38,391 nucleotides of DNA from an uncultured Hyphomicrobiales bacterium (lineage in GTDB: Bacteria; Pseudomonadota; Alphaproteobacteria; Rhizobiales; BM303). The position numbers and the translations under genes are program-made. Location: assembly GCA_964542565.1 (NCBI GenBank), contig CAZIVB010000001.1:1-38391 (forward strand). Reading direction: 5' to 3'. Under the pieces are notes generated by a model, which had not been told where the DNA came from, made no database searches, and saw only the letters and a program-made list of their open reading frames with translations. Positions 1-9,767 of the stretch are shown in pieces. Numbering within the stretch: position 1 is the stretch's first letter; each line of letters begins with the position of its first letter.

Positions 1-1
1 G

Positions 2-526
2 GCCTATATTCCCACCAACGTGATTTCCATCACCGATGGCCAGATTTTCCTTGAAACCGATCTGTTCTATCAGGGCATCCGCCCGGCGGTGAATGTCGGC
101 CTCTCGGTCAGCCGGGTGGGCTCCGCCGCCCAGATCAAGGCGATGAAACAGGTCGCCGGCGCGATTAAAGGCGAGCTGGCGCAATACCGCGAAATGGCCG
201 CCTTTGCCCAGTTCGGCTCTGATCTTGACGCCGCCACCCAGCGCATGCTCAATCGCGGCGAGCGTCTCACCGAACTGCTCAAACAGCCCCAGTTCTCTCC
301 CCTGCGGGTCGAGGAACAGGTTTGCATCATCTATGCCGGCGTGAACGGCTATCTCGACAAGCTCGCCCCTTCCGATGTCGAGCGTTACGAGGAAGACCTG
401 CTGCGCTCGCTGCGCGATAAAAATCAGGACCTTCTCAAAGTGATCGCCGAGGAGCAGGAGCTCAGCGATGATACGGCGGCCAAACTCAAAGACGTGGTGG
501 ACACCTTCACCCGGAACTTTGCCTGA
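2..526 (+). CDS. atpA: F0F1 ATP synthase subunit alpha, C-terminal fragment (5' end lies outside the window)
   Basis: The frame is open from base 2. It translates [18 protein letters not shown]...[11 protein letters not shown], a classic AtpA C-terminal sequence, and is followed by atpG-atpD-atpC. Confidence 0.95.
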   Translation, partial: AYIPTNVISITDGQIFLETDLFYQGIRPAVNVGLSVSRVGSAAQIKAMKQVAGAIKGELAQYREMAAFAQFGSDLDAATQRMLNRGERLTELLKQPQFSPLRVEEQVCIIYAGVNGYLDKLAPSDVERYEEDLLRSLRDKNQDLLKVIAEEQELSDDTAAKLKDVVDTFTRNFA

Positions 527-545
527 TCTGGAAAGATAAAACCCG

Positions 546-1436
546 ATGCCCTCTCTCAAGGATCTGAGAACCCGCATAGCCAGCGTCAAGGCCACGCAGA
601 AGATCACCAAAGCCATGCAGATGGTGGCGGCGGCAAAGCTGCGCCGGGCGCAGGAGGCCGCCGAACAGGCGCGCCCCTATGCCGAACGGATGGAGGAGGT
701 CATTGCCCGGCTGAGCAAACTGCTTGAAGGGCGCACCGGGGCGCCGGCCCTCGTCATGGGCACAGGCCGCGACGAGAAACATCTTCTTATCGTCACCACT
801 GCCGACCGGGGGCTTTGCGGCGGCTTCAACTCCAGCATTGTCAAACTGGCCCGGGAACATGCCACCGCCCTTATGGCGAAGGGCAAACAGGTCCAGTTCA
901 TGTGCCTCGGGCAAAAGGGCTATGATTCGCTGAAATACCAGTTCAAGGACCAGATTCTTGACACACGACGCCTCGGCGGCTCCAAGGGCGAGAATTTCAC
1001 CCTTGCCAGACAGGTCGGCATCCAGCTTCTTGAGATGCTTGACGGCGAATCCTTTGATGTCTGCACCCTGTTTTATTCCGAATTCCGCTCGATCATTTCC
1101 CAGATCCCCACCACCCAGCAGCTTATCCCCGTTGTCCTGCCCGAGGCGGATGACGAGAGCATCAGGCCCAGGGCGGGGCAGGCGATATACGAATATGAAC
1201 CTGATGAGGACGAGATCCTCAACGAGTTGCTTCCGCGCAATATCAGGGTGCAAATCCTGCGCGCCATGCTGGAAAACGGCGCCAGCGAGCAAGGCGCCCG
1301 CATGAGCGCCATGGATAGCGCCACCAGGAACGCCGGCGAAATGATCGACAAGCTGACCTTGCAATACAACCGGGCGCGTCAGGCCATCATCACCAAGGAA
1401 CTGATCGAGATCATTTCCGGCGCGGAGGCGGTCTAG
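546..1436 (+). CDS. atpG: F0F1 ATP synthase subunit gamma
   Basis: 296 aa with an ATG start. N-terminus [36 protein letters not shown] and C-terminus [21 protein letters not shown] are gamma-subunit hallmarks. It sits between atpA and atpD. Confidence 0.95.
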   Translation: MPSLKDLRTRIASVKATQKITKAMQMVAAAKLRRAQEAAEQARPYAERMEEVIARLSKLLEGRTGAPALVMGTGRDEKHLLIVTTADRGLCGGFNSSIVKLAREHATALMAKGKQVQFMCLGQKGYDSLKYQFKDQILDTRRLGGSKGENFTLARQVGIQLLEMLDGESFDVCTLFYSEFRSIISQIPTTQQLIPVVLPEADDESIRPRAGQAIYEYEPDEDEILNELLPRNIRVQILRAMLENGASEQGARMSAMDSATRNAGEMIDKLTLQYNRARQAIITKELIEIISGAEAV

Positions 1437-1519
1437 CGATGGGGTTTGTCAAACACGGCCTATACCGGCAGGTTGAAAGCCCGGACAAGACTTTCGATTT
1501 ATTGAGAATTGTGAACTAG

Positions 1520-3051
<1,532 letters not shown>

Positions 3052-3062
3052 GGATAAAAACC

Positions 3063-3461
3063 ATGCCGGATACATTTCATTTTGAACTTGTCTCGCCCGA
3101 GAAACTTCTGTTCTCGGCGGATGTTGAAATGGTGGTCGTTCCGGGCTCGGAGGGTAATTTTGCCATTATGCCGCAACATGCGCCGACGCTCTCGACCATG
3201 CGTCCGGGCATGCTGGATATCCAGATTTCGGCGTCTGAAAACAAACGCATATTCGTGCGCGGCGGTTTTGCCGATGCCTCGCCCGCATCCCTCACCGTTC
3301 TGGCCGAGTTTGCCCTGCCCGAGGATGAGCTTGACCGCGATATTCTTAAACAGCAGATAAAAAATGCCGAGGAAGATGTCGCCGACGCCAAGGACGATCA
3401 GATGCGCAACCGCGCCCAGGAACATCTAGACCATCTGCGGGTCATTGAAGAGGCGCTGTAA
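3063..3461 (+). CDS. atpC: F0F1 ATP synthase subunit epsilon
   Basis: ATG at 3063 gives MPDTFHFELVSPEKLLFSADVEMVVVPGSEGNFAIMPQHAP, typical of epsilon. The longer track ORF (2817-) overlaps atpD and is an artefactual extension. Confidence 0.9.
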   Translation: MPDTFHFELVSPEKLLFSADVEMVVVPGSEGNFAIMPQHAPTLSTMRPGMLDIQISASENKRIFVRGGFADASPASLTVLAEFALPEDELDRDILKQQIKNAEEDVADAKDDQMRNRAQEHLDHLRVIEEAL

Positions 3462-3490
3462 TCACTGCCAAAGGGCCCTGAAAGAGCGCC

Positions 3491-4420
3491 ATGCTCTGGA
3501 ATATAAACTCGGATATCGACTGGCCGGCCTTTGACAGCGCCAGAGTGGACCGCAATATTCTGCAAGTCATCAAATCCGCCGCACTGGTCGAGGCCAACGC
3601 TTCTGATTATGTCGCTTATCTTTGCGGTGTCTGGCAAGACAATCCGGATTTGCAGCAAACGGTGAAACAATGGGGCCGGGAAGAAAGCCGCCACGGCGAG
3701 GCGCTCGCCAGATGGGCCTCTCTCGCCGATCCTGGTTTTGATTTTCCAAGCGCCCTTGAACGCTTCCGGAAAATGCAGGCGATCGACACCGCCGCGACCG
3801 CCTCAATCCGCGGCTCGCCAACCGGTGAGCTTGTGGCCCGCTGCGTGGTGGAAACAGGAACCTCGTCGCTATACGCCGCCATTCGCGATGCCACCGACGA
3901 GCCGGTTCTCAAACAACTGACAACCCGCATCGCCGCCGATGAATTTGCCCATTACGCCCTGTTCAGCGCCCTGATAAAAAAACAGCATCAACAACTGCCG
4001 CGCGTATCGCGCCTGAAAATTGCCCTCGCGCGCCTGTTCGAGGCCTCCGATGATGAACTGGCCTCGGCCTATTATTGCGCCGCCCGCCCGCCATCGGGCG
4101 AACTAGAGCACTTCCGGAAAAGTGGGAACCGGTTTTCCGATAAGAAGTGCGGCAACAACAAAGAATTAGAGCCCGGTTTTGATCTAATCAAAACCGGAAA
4201 TGCTCTTGTCTATGAGCGCAAGCTTTTCAGCAATGCCTATCAACTGGGCGTATTGCGCATCTATCAGCGCCGGCATATCAACCGTCTGGTGGCGATGATT
4301 GCCAGGGCCGGCGGCCTGAAACCGCATGGGCTGACCGTACGGTTTTTTCAGCCCCTGGTCTGGTTTGCCCTAAACGTTCAGAAAAAAAGACTGATCAGGA
4401 TTTTGCCGTCTCATATTTGA
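3491..4420 (+). CDS. Ferritin-like di-iron carboxylate protein (acyl-ACP desaturase / AurF-like fold), carrying an in-frame repeat-element insertion
   Basis: 309 aa with two ExxH motifs (REESRHGEAL and AADEFAHYAL) spaced as in di-iron four-helix-bundle proteins. It starts 29 nt after atpC. Codons about 205-239 are encoded by the repeat element. Confidence 0.65.
   Translation: MLWNINSDIDWPAFDSARVDRNILQVIKSAALVEANASDYVAYLCGVWQDNPDLQQTVKQWGREESRHGEALARWASLADPGFDFPSALERFRKMQAIDTAATASIRGSPTGELVARCVVETGTSSLYAAIRDATDEPVLKQLTTRIAADEFAHYALFSALIKKQHQQLPRVSRLKIALARLFEASDDELASAYYCAARPPSGELEHFRKSGNRFSDKKCGNNKELEPGFDLIKTGNALVYERKLFSNAYQLGVLRIYQRRHINRLVAMIARAGGLKPHGLTVRFFQPLVWFALNVQKKRLIRILPSHI
4103..4206. 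repeat. Two-hairpin palindromic repeat element, copy 2, inverted relative to copy 1 and inside a CDS
   Basis: Hairpin B is gcacttc-cggaaaa[gtgggaaccgg]ttttccg-ataa-gaagtgc (4108-4150). The linker is ggcaacaacaaagaatt. Hairpin A is agagc-ccggttttgat[cta]atcaaaaccgg-aaat-gctct (4168-4206). It aligns to the reverse complement of 2947-3051. Confidence 0.7.
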
Positions 4421-4925
4421 TCAGATATTTGAACTCCAGCGCCAGTTGTTCGTAAACCTCGCGCTTGAAAGGAACCACGAGTTTGGGAACCTTCTTGAGT
4501 TTGACCCATTTCCACTCATCAAATTCGGGCTTGTGCCGGCCATGGCAATCCAGACTGATTTCCGAATCATCGCCTTCAAAGCGCATGACGAACCATTTCT
4601 GGATCTGGCCGCGATATTTACCCTTCAGGGCAATCCCGAGCGCATCATCAGGCAGCTCATAGCTGAGCCAGCGGCTCGATTTGGCCAGAACGGTAACGCT
4701 CTTGATGCCGGTTTCTTCATAAAGTTCGCGCAGAGCCGCCTTTTTCGGGCTCTCCCCCTTGTCAATTCCGCCCTGGGGCATCTGCCAGACCAGTTCGGAA
4801 GCTTCGGGCATCCATTGCTGCAGGCGGCGGCCAACCCAGACCCGTCCTTTCTTGTTGATCAGCATAATGCCGGCACATTCGCGCAAAGGCAGGGTTTTTA
4901 AGTCGGTGAGGTTTTCAAGATTCAT
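4395..4925 (-). CDS. rppH: RNA pyrophosphohydrolase (Nudix)
   Basis: Nudix box GGIDKGESPKKAALRELYEETGI and C-terminal FDEWKWV as in RppH. I prefer the ATG at 4925 (MNLENL...) over the TTG at 4949 used by the track. Confidence 0.85.
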   Translation of the reverse strand: MNLENLTDLKTLPLRECAGIMLINKKGRVWVGRRLQQWMPEASELVWQMPQGGIDKGESPKKAALRELYEETGIKSVTVLAKSSRWLSYELPDDALGIALKGKYRGQIQKWFVMRFEGDDSEISLDCHGRHKPEFDEWKWVKLKKVPKLVVPFKREVYEQLALEFKYLIKYETAKS

Positions 4926-5142
4926 GTCGTAACAAATCCAAAGTCGCAAAAAATAAAACAGGCCGGAGTATGCCGCACTGCACCGGTGCCGGAATGAACC
5001 CGAATCCGGTTAAATCAGCAAACCTGGCCCAGAGCGGGTCTTGTTTTATCTGATTCGGCACCGGGCCGGTGCCGATTAACCACGACAGACTCTAGCGTTA
5101 AGGCGATATATTCAATTTGAGGCCAAAATGCAAACGGCGATG

Positions 5143-6459
5143 TTAATGATGTTGTTTTCTGAACGCCGCGCTGACCGGAACCAGCACAATGCCCCTGTCC
5201 GCCAGGGTTTTCGCCCAGGCGGCAACAAACTTGATCGTCAGCGGCATGCCGCTGCCAACACCGATGGCAAGCCCTTGTTCCGCCGCAAGACGTTCCAGTT
5301 TTTCCAGCCCGGCCTTGATACTTTTCGGTGTCTGGCCATAGTCAAGCCGCGCAGCGGCGATTTTCACCTTCAGGCCGCTGGCCGGGCTCAGTTTCAGGGT
5401 CTGGCTGCGCGGCGAGGCGCCATCATCAAGGTAAACCAGCCCGCGCGCGCCGAGCCATTTCATGATCGGCTGCAATGATTTTTCCGTCGATGTAAACCGC
5501 GCCCCCATATAATTGGTAACCCCGAAATAGCCTGAAAACCGCGACATCAGCCATTTCAGGCGCTTGACGTTTTCGGAAGGCTCGATCGTGCTCAGCAATG
5601 TGCGCGGGCCCGGGTCGTTATCGGGATAGTCAAACGGCTCCATGGGAATTTGCAGCATAACCTCATGCCCGTTCCGGCGCGCGCTATCGACCAGATTCTG
5701 CAATCCCTGACCATAAGGCGCAAAGGCGAGGGTAATCTCTTCCGGCAGCTTGTTGATCGCCTCACGGGTGCCGCTCTGGCTGATCCCCAGCCCGCCGATC
5801 ATAATGGCGATGCGCGCCGGTTGCGGCGCTCCGACCGCCGTTTTACGCCCTGCCGGCCTGGCATAGACATCAAAGGGTTTGCGGCCGTCCTTGGCGATGC
5901 GGGGAATGGCCCCGAACGGTGTTTTTTCCTGCAACGCCTTGAGCGGCGCCCGGACAAGAGCCCGGCGCACCCGCTGCGCCGGACCGCCCGCCGATTTGGA
6001 CGGATCAATGATCCTGACCTTTTTCATACCCGGCGGCGGCTCTGGCGCGCGTGGAATACCCGTCTTAACCGGTCCAGACAGATCGGAGCCGGGCCGGGCT
6101 GGCGGATTGCGAACCAGCGGATTGCGAACCAGCGGGTTGTTAACCGGCGGGTTGTTAACCAGCGGGTTGTTAACCGGTGGGTTGCGAACCGGCGGGTTCT
6201 CTGAATCGATGGATTTGCGGATACCGATCCCATCGCCCCCGCCCGGACGCTCACTGCCAGGCGTATTCAGGCCTGGCAGGTCAAGAACCAGAACCGGCTC
6301 ACCCTTTTGCGCTGATCCGTGCGGCCACAGATAAACGCCGAGCCCGGCAAGCCCGCCCAGAACAAGCAGGGCCGTTAAAAGCCTGACCCCGGCCCTTTTC
6401 CTTTTCACGCCCGCATCGGCAGGACCGGCATCGGCGACCAGGCCTGCATCACTGCTCAT
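5143..6459 (-). CDS. Divergent polysaccharide deacetylase family protein (YibQ-like), N-terminally membrane-anchored
   Basis: 438 aa. It has a TM segment LLTALLVLGGLAGLGVYLW, a Pro/Asn-rich repeat linker, and a C-terminal domain IAIMIGGLGIS...GHEVMLQIPMEPFDYPDNDPGP typical of the YibQ/DUF610 family. AAGGAG lies upstream of the ATG. Confidence 0.8.
   Translation of the reverse strand: MSSDAGLVADAGPADAGVKRKRAGVRLLTALLVLGGLAGLGVYLWPHGSAQKGEPVLVLDLPGLNTPGSERPGGGDGIGIRKSIDSENPPVRNPPVNNPLVNNPPVNNPLVRNPLVRNPPARPGSDLSGPVKTGIPRAPEPPPGMKKVRIIDPSKSAGGPAQRVRRALVRAPLKALQEKTPFGAIPRIAKDGRKPFDVYARPAGRKTAVGAPQPARIAIMIGGLGISQSGTREAINKLPEEITLAFAPYGQGLQNLVDSARRNGHEVMLQIPMEPFDYPDNDPGPRTLLSTIEPSENVKRLKWLMSRFSGYFGVTNYMGARFTSTEKSLQPIMKWLGARGLVYLDDGASPRSQTLKLSPASGLKVKIAAARLDYGQTPKSIKAGLEKLERLAAEQGLAIGVGSGMPLTIKFVAAWAKTLADRGIVLVPVSAAFRKQHH
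6102..6199. repeat. 15-bp in-frame tandem repeat, about 6.5 copies (pentapeptide NP[PL]V[RN] units)
   Basis: Consecutive units are gcggattgcgaacca x2, gcgggttgttaaccg, gcgggttgttaacca, gcgggttgttaaccg and gtgggttgcgaaccg, then a partial unit. They encode NPPVRNPPVNNPLVNNPPVNNPLVRNPLVRNPP on the minus strand. Confidence 0.9.
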
Positions 6460-6514
6460 AAAATATCAGCTCCTTTTTGCCCACTGGCCGCCGGCCTTTC
6501 CTGTCTGTGTCAAA

Positions 6515-7843
6515 TCAGTTGGGAATGACCTTGGCGTTTTCGCCCACGGATCCGCTATTGACCTTGACGCCCCGCAACAGATCAAGCGCATATTTCAGCT
6601 GGGTATCCTTGGTCTTGTCCTTGGGAACATATGAAGGCGAACCACTGCGTTCCTTGCCTTTTTCCGTTTTCAGATGGCCGCGCAGGGACGCTTCACCGAT
6701 GTTCTTGCGTTTTTTCTTCCGCTTCGCCGCTTCAGGCGAATCCTGAATGATCTCGACATCGGGCTTGATCCCCTTGGCCTGGATCGAGCGACCCGAAGGC
6801 GTGTAGTAACGCGCCGTTGTCAGACGCATGGCGCCGTTTGCACCCAGCGGAATGATGGTTTGCACCGAGCCCTTGCCAAAAGATTGCGAACCGATAACGG
6901 TGGCCCGGTTATGATCCTGCAACGCCCCGGCGACAATCTCCGAGGCCGAGGCCGAGCCGCCATTGACCAGTACGATCACCGGCTTGCCATTGGTGATATC
7001 CCCCTTGCGGGCATTATATCTGTGGGTTTCATCGCGTGAACGCCCGCGGGTGGAGACAATCTCGCCCCGGTTGAGGAAATCATCCGAAACCGCTATCGCC
7101 TGATCCAGAAGCCCGCCGGGATTGTTTCTCAGATCAACAATATAACCCTTGAGATCCGGCCCGATTTCCTTGCTCAGTTTTTTGACCGCCTTGACGAGTC
7201 CCTGATGGGTCTGTTCGTTGAATGTGGTGATGCGGATATAGCCAACATCCTTTTCACGCCGCGAGCGCACCGAACGGATGCGGATGATATCGCGCACAAT
7301 ACGGATTTCCAGCGGTTCATCCACGCCCTTGCGGACAATGGTCAGAAGAATCGGGCTCTTCACCCGGCCGCGCATTTTATCCACCGCCTGGGAAAGGGTA
7401 AGCCCCATGATGGATTCATCATCCAGATGGGTAATCAGATCGCCGGCCTGAATCCCCGCCCGCGCCGCCGGCGTTCCGTCGATCGGGGCCACAACCTTGA
7501 CCACGCCCTTTTCCATGGTGACCTCAATGCCAAGGCCGCCAAATTCACCGCGGGTATGAACCTTCATGTCATTGAAGCTTTTTTCGTTCATATAGCTCGA
7601 ATGCGGATCAAGCGAGGTGAGCATGCCGGTAATGGCGGATTCAATCAGCTTCTTGTCGTCGGGCTTTTCGACATAATCGCTTCGCACCCGGTCAAAGACA
7701 TCGCCAAACAGATTGAGCAACTGATAGGTTTTCGAGTTCGTGGCGCCTATGGCAACCTGGGGATAAACGGCCGGTTTGATAAGTGTCGCGGCAAGAAGCC
7801 CGAGAATGAAGAAACCGGCGCCGGTCAGTAAGGATTTACGCAT
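6515..7843 (-). CDS. ctpA: Carboxy-terminal processing protease (S41 family)
   Basis: PDZ plus S41 motifs are present (GGLGIEV, DLRNNPGGLL, VLVNGGSASASEI). The ATG at 7843 forms a TGATG overlap with the upstream gene's stop. The track's GTG at 7876 is less likely. Confidence 0.9.
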   Translation of the reverse strand: MRKSLLTGAGFFILGLLAATLIKPAVYPQVAIGATNSKTYQLLNLFGDVFDRVRSDYVEKPDDKKLIESAITGMLTSLDPHSSYMNEKSFNDMKVHTRGEFGGLGIEVTMEKGVVKVVAPIDGTPAARAGIQAGDLITHLDDESIMGLTLSQAVDKMRGRVKSPILLTIVRKGVDEPLEIRIVRDIIRIRSVRSRREKDVGYIRITTFNEQTHQGLVKAVKKLSKEIGPDLKGYIVDLRNNPGGLLDQAIAVSDDFLNRGEIVSTRGRSRDETHRYNARKGDITNGKPVIVLVNGGSASASEIVAGALQDHNRATVIGSQSFGKGSVQTIIPLGANGAMRLTTARYYTPSGRSIQAKGIKPDVEIIQDSPEAAKRKKKRKNIGEASLRGHLKTEKGKERSGSPSYVPKDKTKDTQLKYALDLLRGVKVNSGSVGENAKVIPN

Positions 7844-9186
7844 CAGCCTTTTGCCTTTTGTGTTTTTCCGGCCCACCAGGGTCCGGGATCAATAGAGTTA
7901 CCATTTTTCCGAAACTCAACATAGAGCAGGGGATCATCGGACCCCTCCGCCGTTCCTATCGCCGCGCTGCGCGCGGCATGATCGCCCATCGTCCCGACAG
8001 GCTCACCCGCCAGAACAAACTGGCCGACATCGACACTGATTCGCGCCATACCTGCCAATAGCACATGATAGCCGCTGCCGCCATCAACGATCAAGAGTTG
8101 ACCATAACCGCGAAATTCACCCGCATAGACAACCCAGCCGTCATTGGGCGAGATAACCTGCGCCTGTTTGCGGGTTTTGATCGTAATCCCCTGCGCCCCG
8201 TCGCCGCCGTTTTCCGCATCGCCAAACATACGCACGCGCAAGCCCCGGGCCGGATAGGCCAGATGGCCCTTGGTCTTCTCAAACGGCAGGGCCGGTTTCA
8301 AACGGCTTGGAGACAGCATGGCCAATCTGGAGCGCCTTTTCTTTTCTTCCTTGCTCAAGGCAAATCTAGCCTCGGCCGCCTCTTTTTCCGCCCGTTCCTT
8401 CTCTGCCCGTTGCTTTTGCGCCGTGATCAGCGCCTGTTGTTTCAGTTTGGCGATAAGGTCTTTCAGGCTGCGCGCTTCTTTTGCCAGTTTTTCGGCATAT
8501 TTATTCTGCGCGATCGCCTCCTTGCGGGTTTTACGGACCAGTTCTTTCTTCAACTCCAGCAGATTGCCGATCCGCAAGCGCTCTTTTTCCAGATCCCGGG
8601 CATTTTGCTCCAGCCTTTGTTTTTCTGCCGTAATATCCTCGCGCAGGCGCACCATACGGATAAGTTCGCGCGAAAGCGCATTCGCCTCGGCCCTGATTTC
8701 GGGCACCGCTTTCGACAAAAGCATGGCGCTGCGGATAGCGCCAAGAACATTTCCCGGTTTGACGATAATCGCCGGCGGCGGATGCTGCTCCAGCTTTTGC
8801 AAAGCCGCCAGCATATTGGCCAGGGTCTCGCGCCGTCTTGCAAGCCTGATCACCAGAACCTTGTTTTCCGCTTCAAGCTTCACCAGGCGTTTTTCCGCCG
8901 CGCTCATGCGCGCCTCATGCCCCTGAATGCGGGCCGCAACTTCAACCAGAGCCTGGACAAGTGATTTTTTTTCAGCCCGAAGAGCCTCAATGGCCATCGC
9001 AAGCTCTTTACGCCGCGCCGCCGCCGCCCCCAGCTTGTCCTCGATCTTGCGCAGCTCAACCGGCGCCTGCGATCCTTTAAGAGAGAGTTCATCCTTGCCC
9101 GGCGCCGCAAGCGCCAGATGGCCCAGGGCCGCCCATAAGCTGGCGCTCAGCAATAAACCCGGGATCATGAACCATGAAATCTGCAT
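7843..9186 (-). CDS. EnvC-like murein hydrolase activator (coiled coil plus degenerate LytM/M23 domain)
   Basis: 447 aa with a signal peptide and a long Ala/Glu/Lys/Arg coiled coil. In the C-terminal LytM fold the metal-binding His motifs are absent (LLYVEFRKNG in place of HLHFE), as in EnvC-type activators. Confidence 0.85.
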   Translation of the reverse strand: MQISWFMIPGLLLSASLWAALGHLALAAPGKDELSLKGSQAPVELRKIEDKLGAAAARRKELAMAIEALRAEKKSLVQALVEVAARIQGHEARMSAAEKRLVKLEAENKVLVIRLARRRETLANMLAALQKLEQHPPPAIIVKPGNVLGAIRSAMLLSKAVPEIRAEANALSRELIRMVRLREDITAEKQRLEQNARDLEKERLRIGNLLELKKELVRKTRKEAIAQNKYAEKLAKEARSLKDLIAKLKQQALITAQKQRAEKERAEKEAAEARFALSKEEKKRRSRLAMLSPSRLKPALPFEKTKGHLAYPARGLRVRMFGDAENGGDGAQGITIKTRKQAQVISPNDGWVVYAGEFRGYGQLLIVDGGSGYHVLLAGMARISVDVGQFVLAGEPVGTMGDHAARSAAIGTAEGSDDPLLYVEFRKNGNSIDPGPWWAGKTQKAKG

Positions 9187-9273
9187 GGAGGATAGTTACG
9201 CCTGTCCGCTTGAATATGGCAGTAAAATAAGCCCCTGAACCTTAATCACCAATAAATTCTGCACCTGTTTCTC

Positions 9274-9756
9274 TTATGAACGGTGGTAGGGGTGGCCGCT
9301 CATAATCGCCATGGCGCGATACAATTGCTCGGCCAGCAGAATACGGGCAAGCTGATGCGGCCAGGTCATGGGGCCGAGCGAGAGAACGCGCTGCGCCTTG
9401 TCAACAATCTGCCGGTCCAGCCCGTCAGGCCCGCCAAGAACAAAGGCAAGATGCGCCGTGCCCTGATCGGCCCAGCGGCCCATCTCGGCGGCAAATTTCC
9501 CGCTCGCCAGCGAGCCACCGCTCTCATCAAGAACCACCATCATGGCCCCTTCAGGAAGGGCGGCGATCAGGTTTTGCGCCTCTTTTCGTTTGCGCTCGGC
9601 CGCAGTTTTCCCCGGACTTTCGGCAAATTCCCGCAAAATCACATCCGTGAGCCCCCTGGCGCGGCCCATATTCGCAAGCCGTCCGATATAACGTGAAAGC
9701 AACTCCTGCTCGGGCCCGGCCTTCATGCGGCCGATGGCGATGATGTGGATTTTCAC
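9274..9756 (-). CDS. rlmH: 23S rRNA (pseudouridine1915-N3)-methyltransferase
   Basis: 160 aa with a GTG start. It reads KIHIIAIGRMK...LDESG...FVLGGPDGL...LSLGPMTWPHQLARILLAEQLYRA, a SPOUT RlmH signature, directly downstream of rsfS. Confidence 0.9.
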   Translation of the reverse strand: MKIHIIAIGRMKAGPEQELLSRYIGRLANMGRARGLTDVILREFAESPGKTAAERKRKEAQNLIAALPEGAMMVVLDESGGSLASGKFAAEMGRWADQGTAHLAFVLGGPDGLDRQIVDKAQRVLSLGPMTWPHQLARILLAEQLYRAMAIMSGHPYHRS

Positions 9757-9767
9757 GTCAAACGGTC

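Noticed and set aside
507-1364. Long antisense ORFs opposite well-supported genes. Examples are 507-1364(-) against atpG, 8065-8964(+) against the envC-like gene, 14845-15600(-) against fetB/thpR, 18066-18743(-) against mtaB, 19061-19687(-) against ftsY and 21227-22114(+) against the Lpd-like gene.
   Set aside because: Their translations are Arg/Pro/Ser/Cys-rich low-complexity strings with no recognisable motifs. Each is fully shadowed by a gene with strong family signatures. This is typical of stop-codon-poor antisense frames in G+C-rich coding DNA.
4731-4755. agagcc-gcctttttcg-ggctct hairpin inside rppH, considered as another fragment of the repeat family.
   Set aside because: The sequence encodes the conserved Nudix-box residues (GESPKKAALRE). 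The AGAGC/GCTCT motif is short enough to recur by chance, and no linker or second hairpin of the element is present.
6102-6199. Tandem repeat considered as a possible CRISPR-like or minisatellite non-coding array.
   Set aside because: The units are 15 bp with no spacers and are phased with the reading frame of a well-supported CDS. It is a coding pentapeptide repeat, not a CRISPR array.
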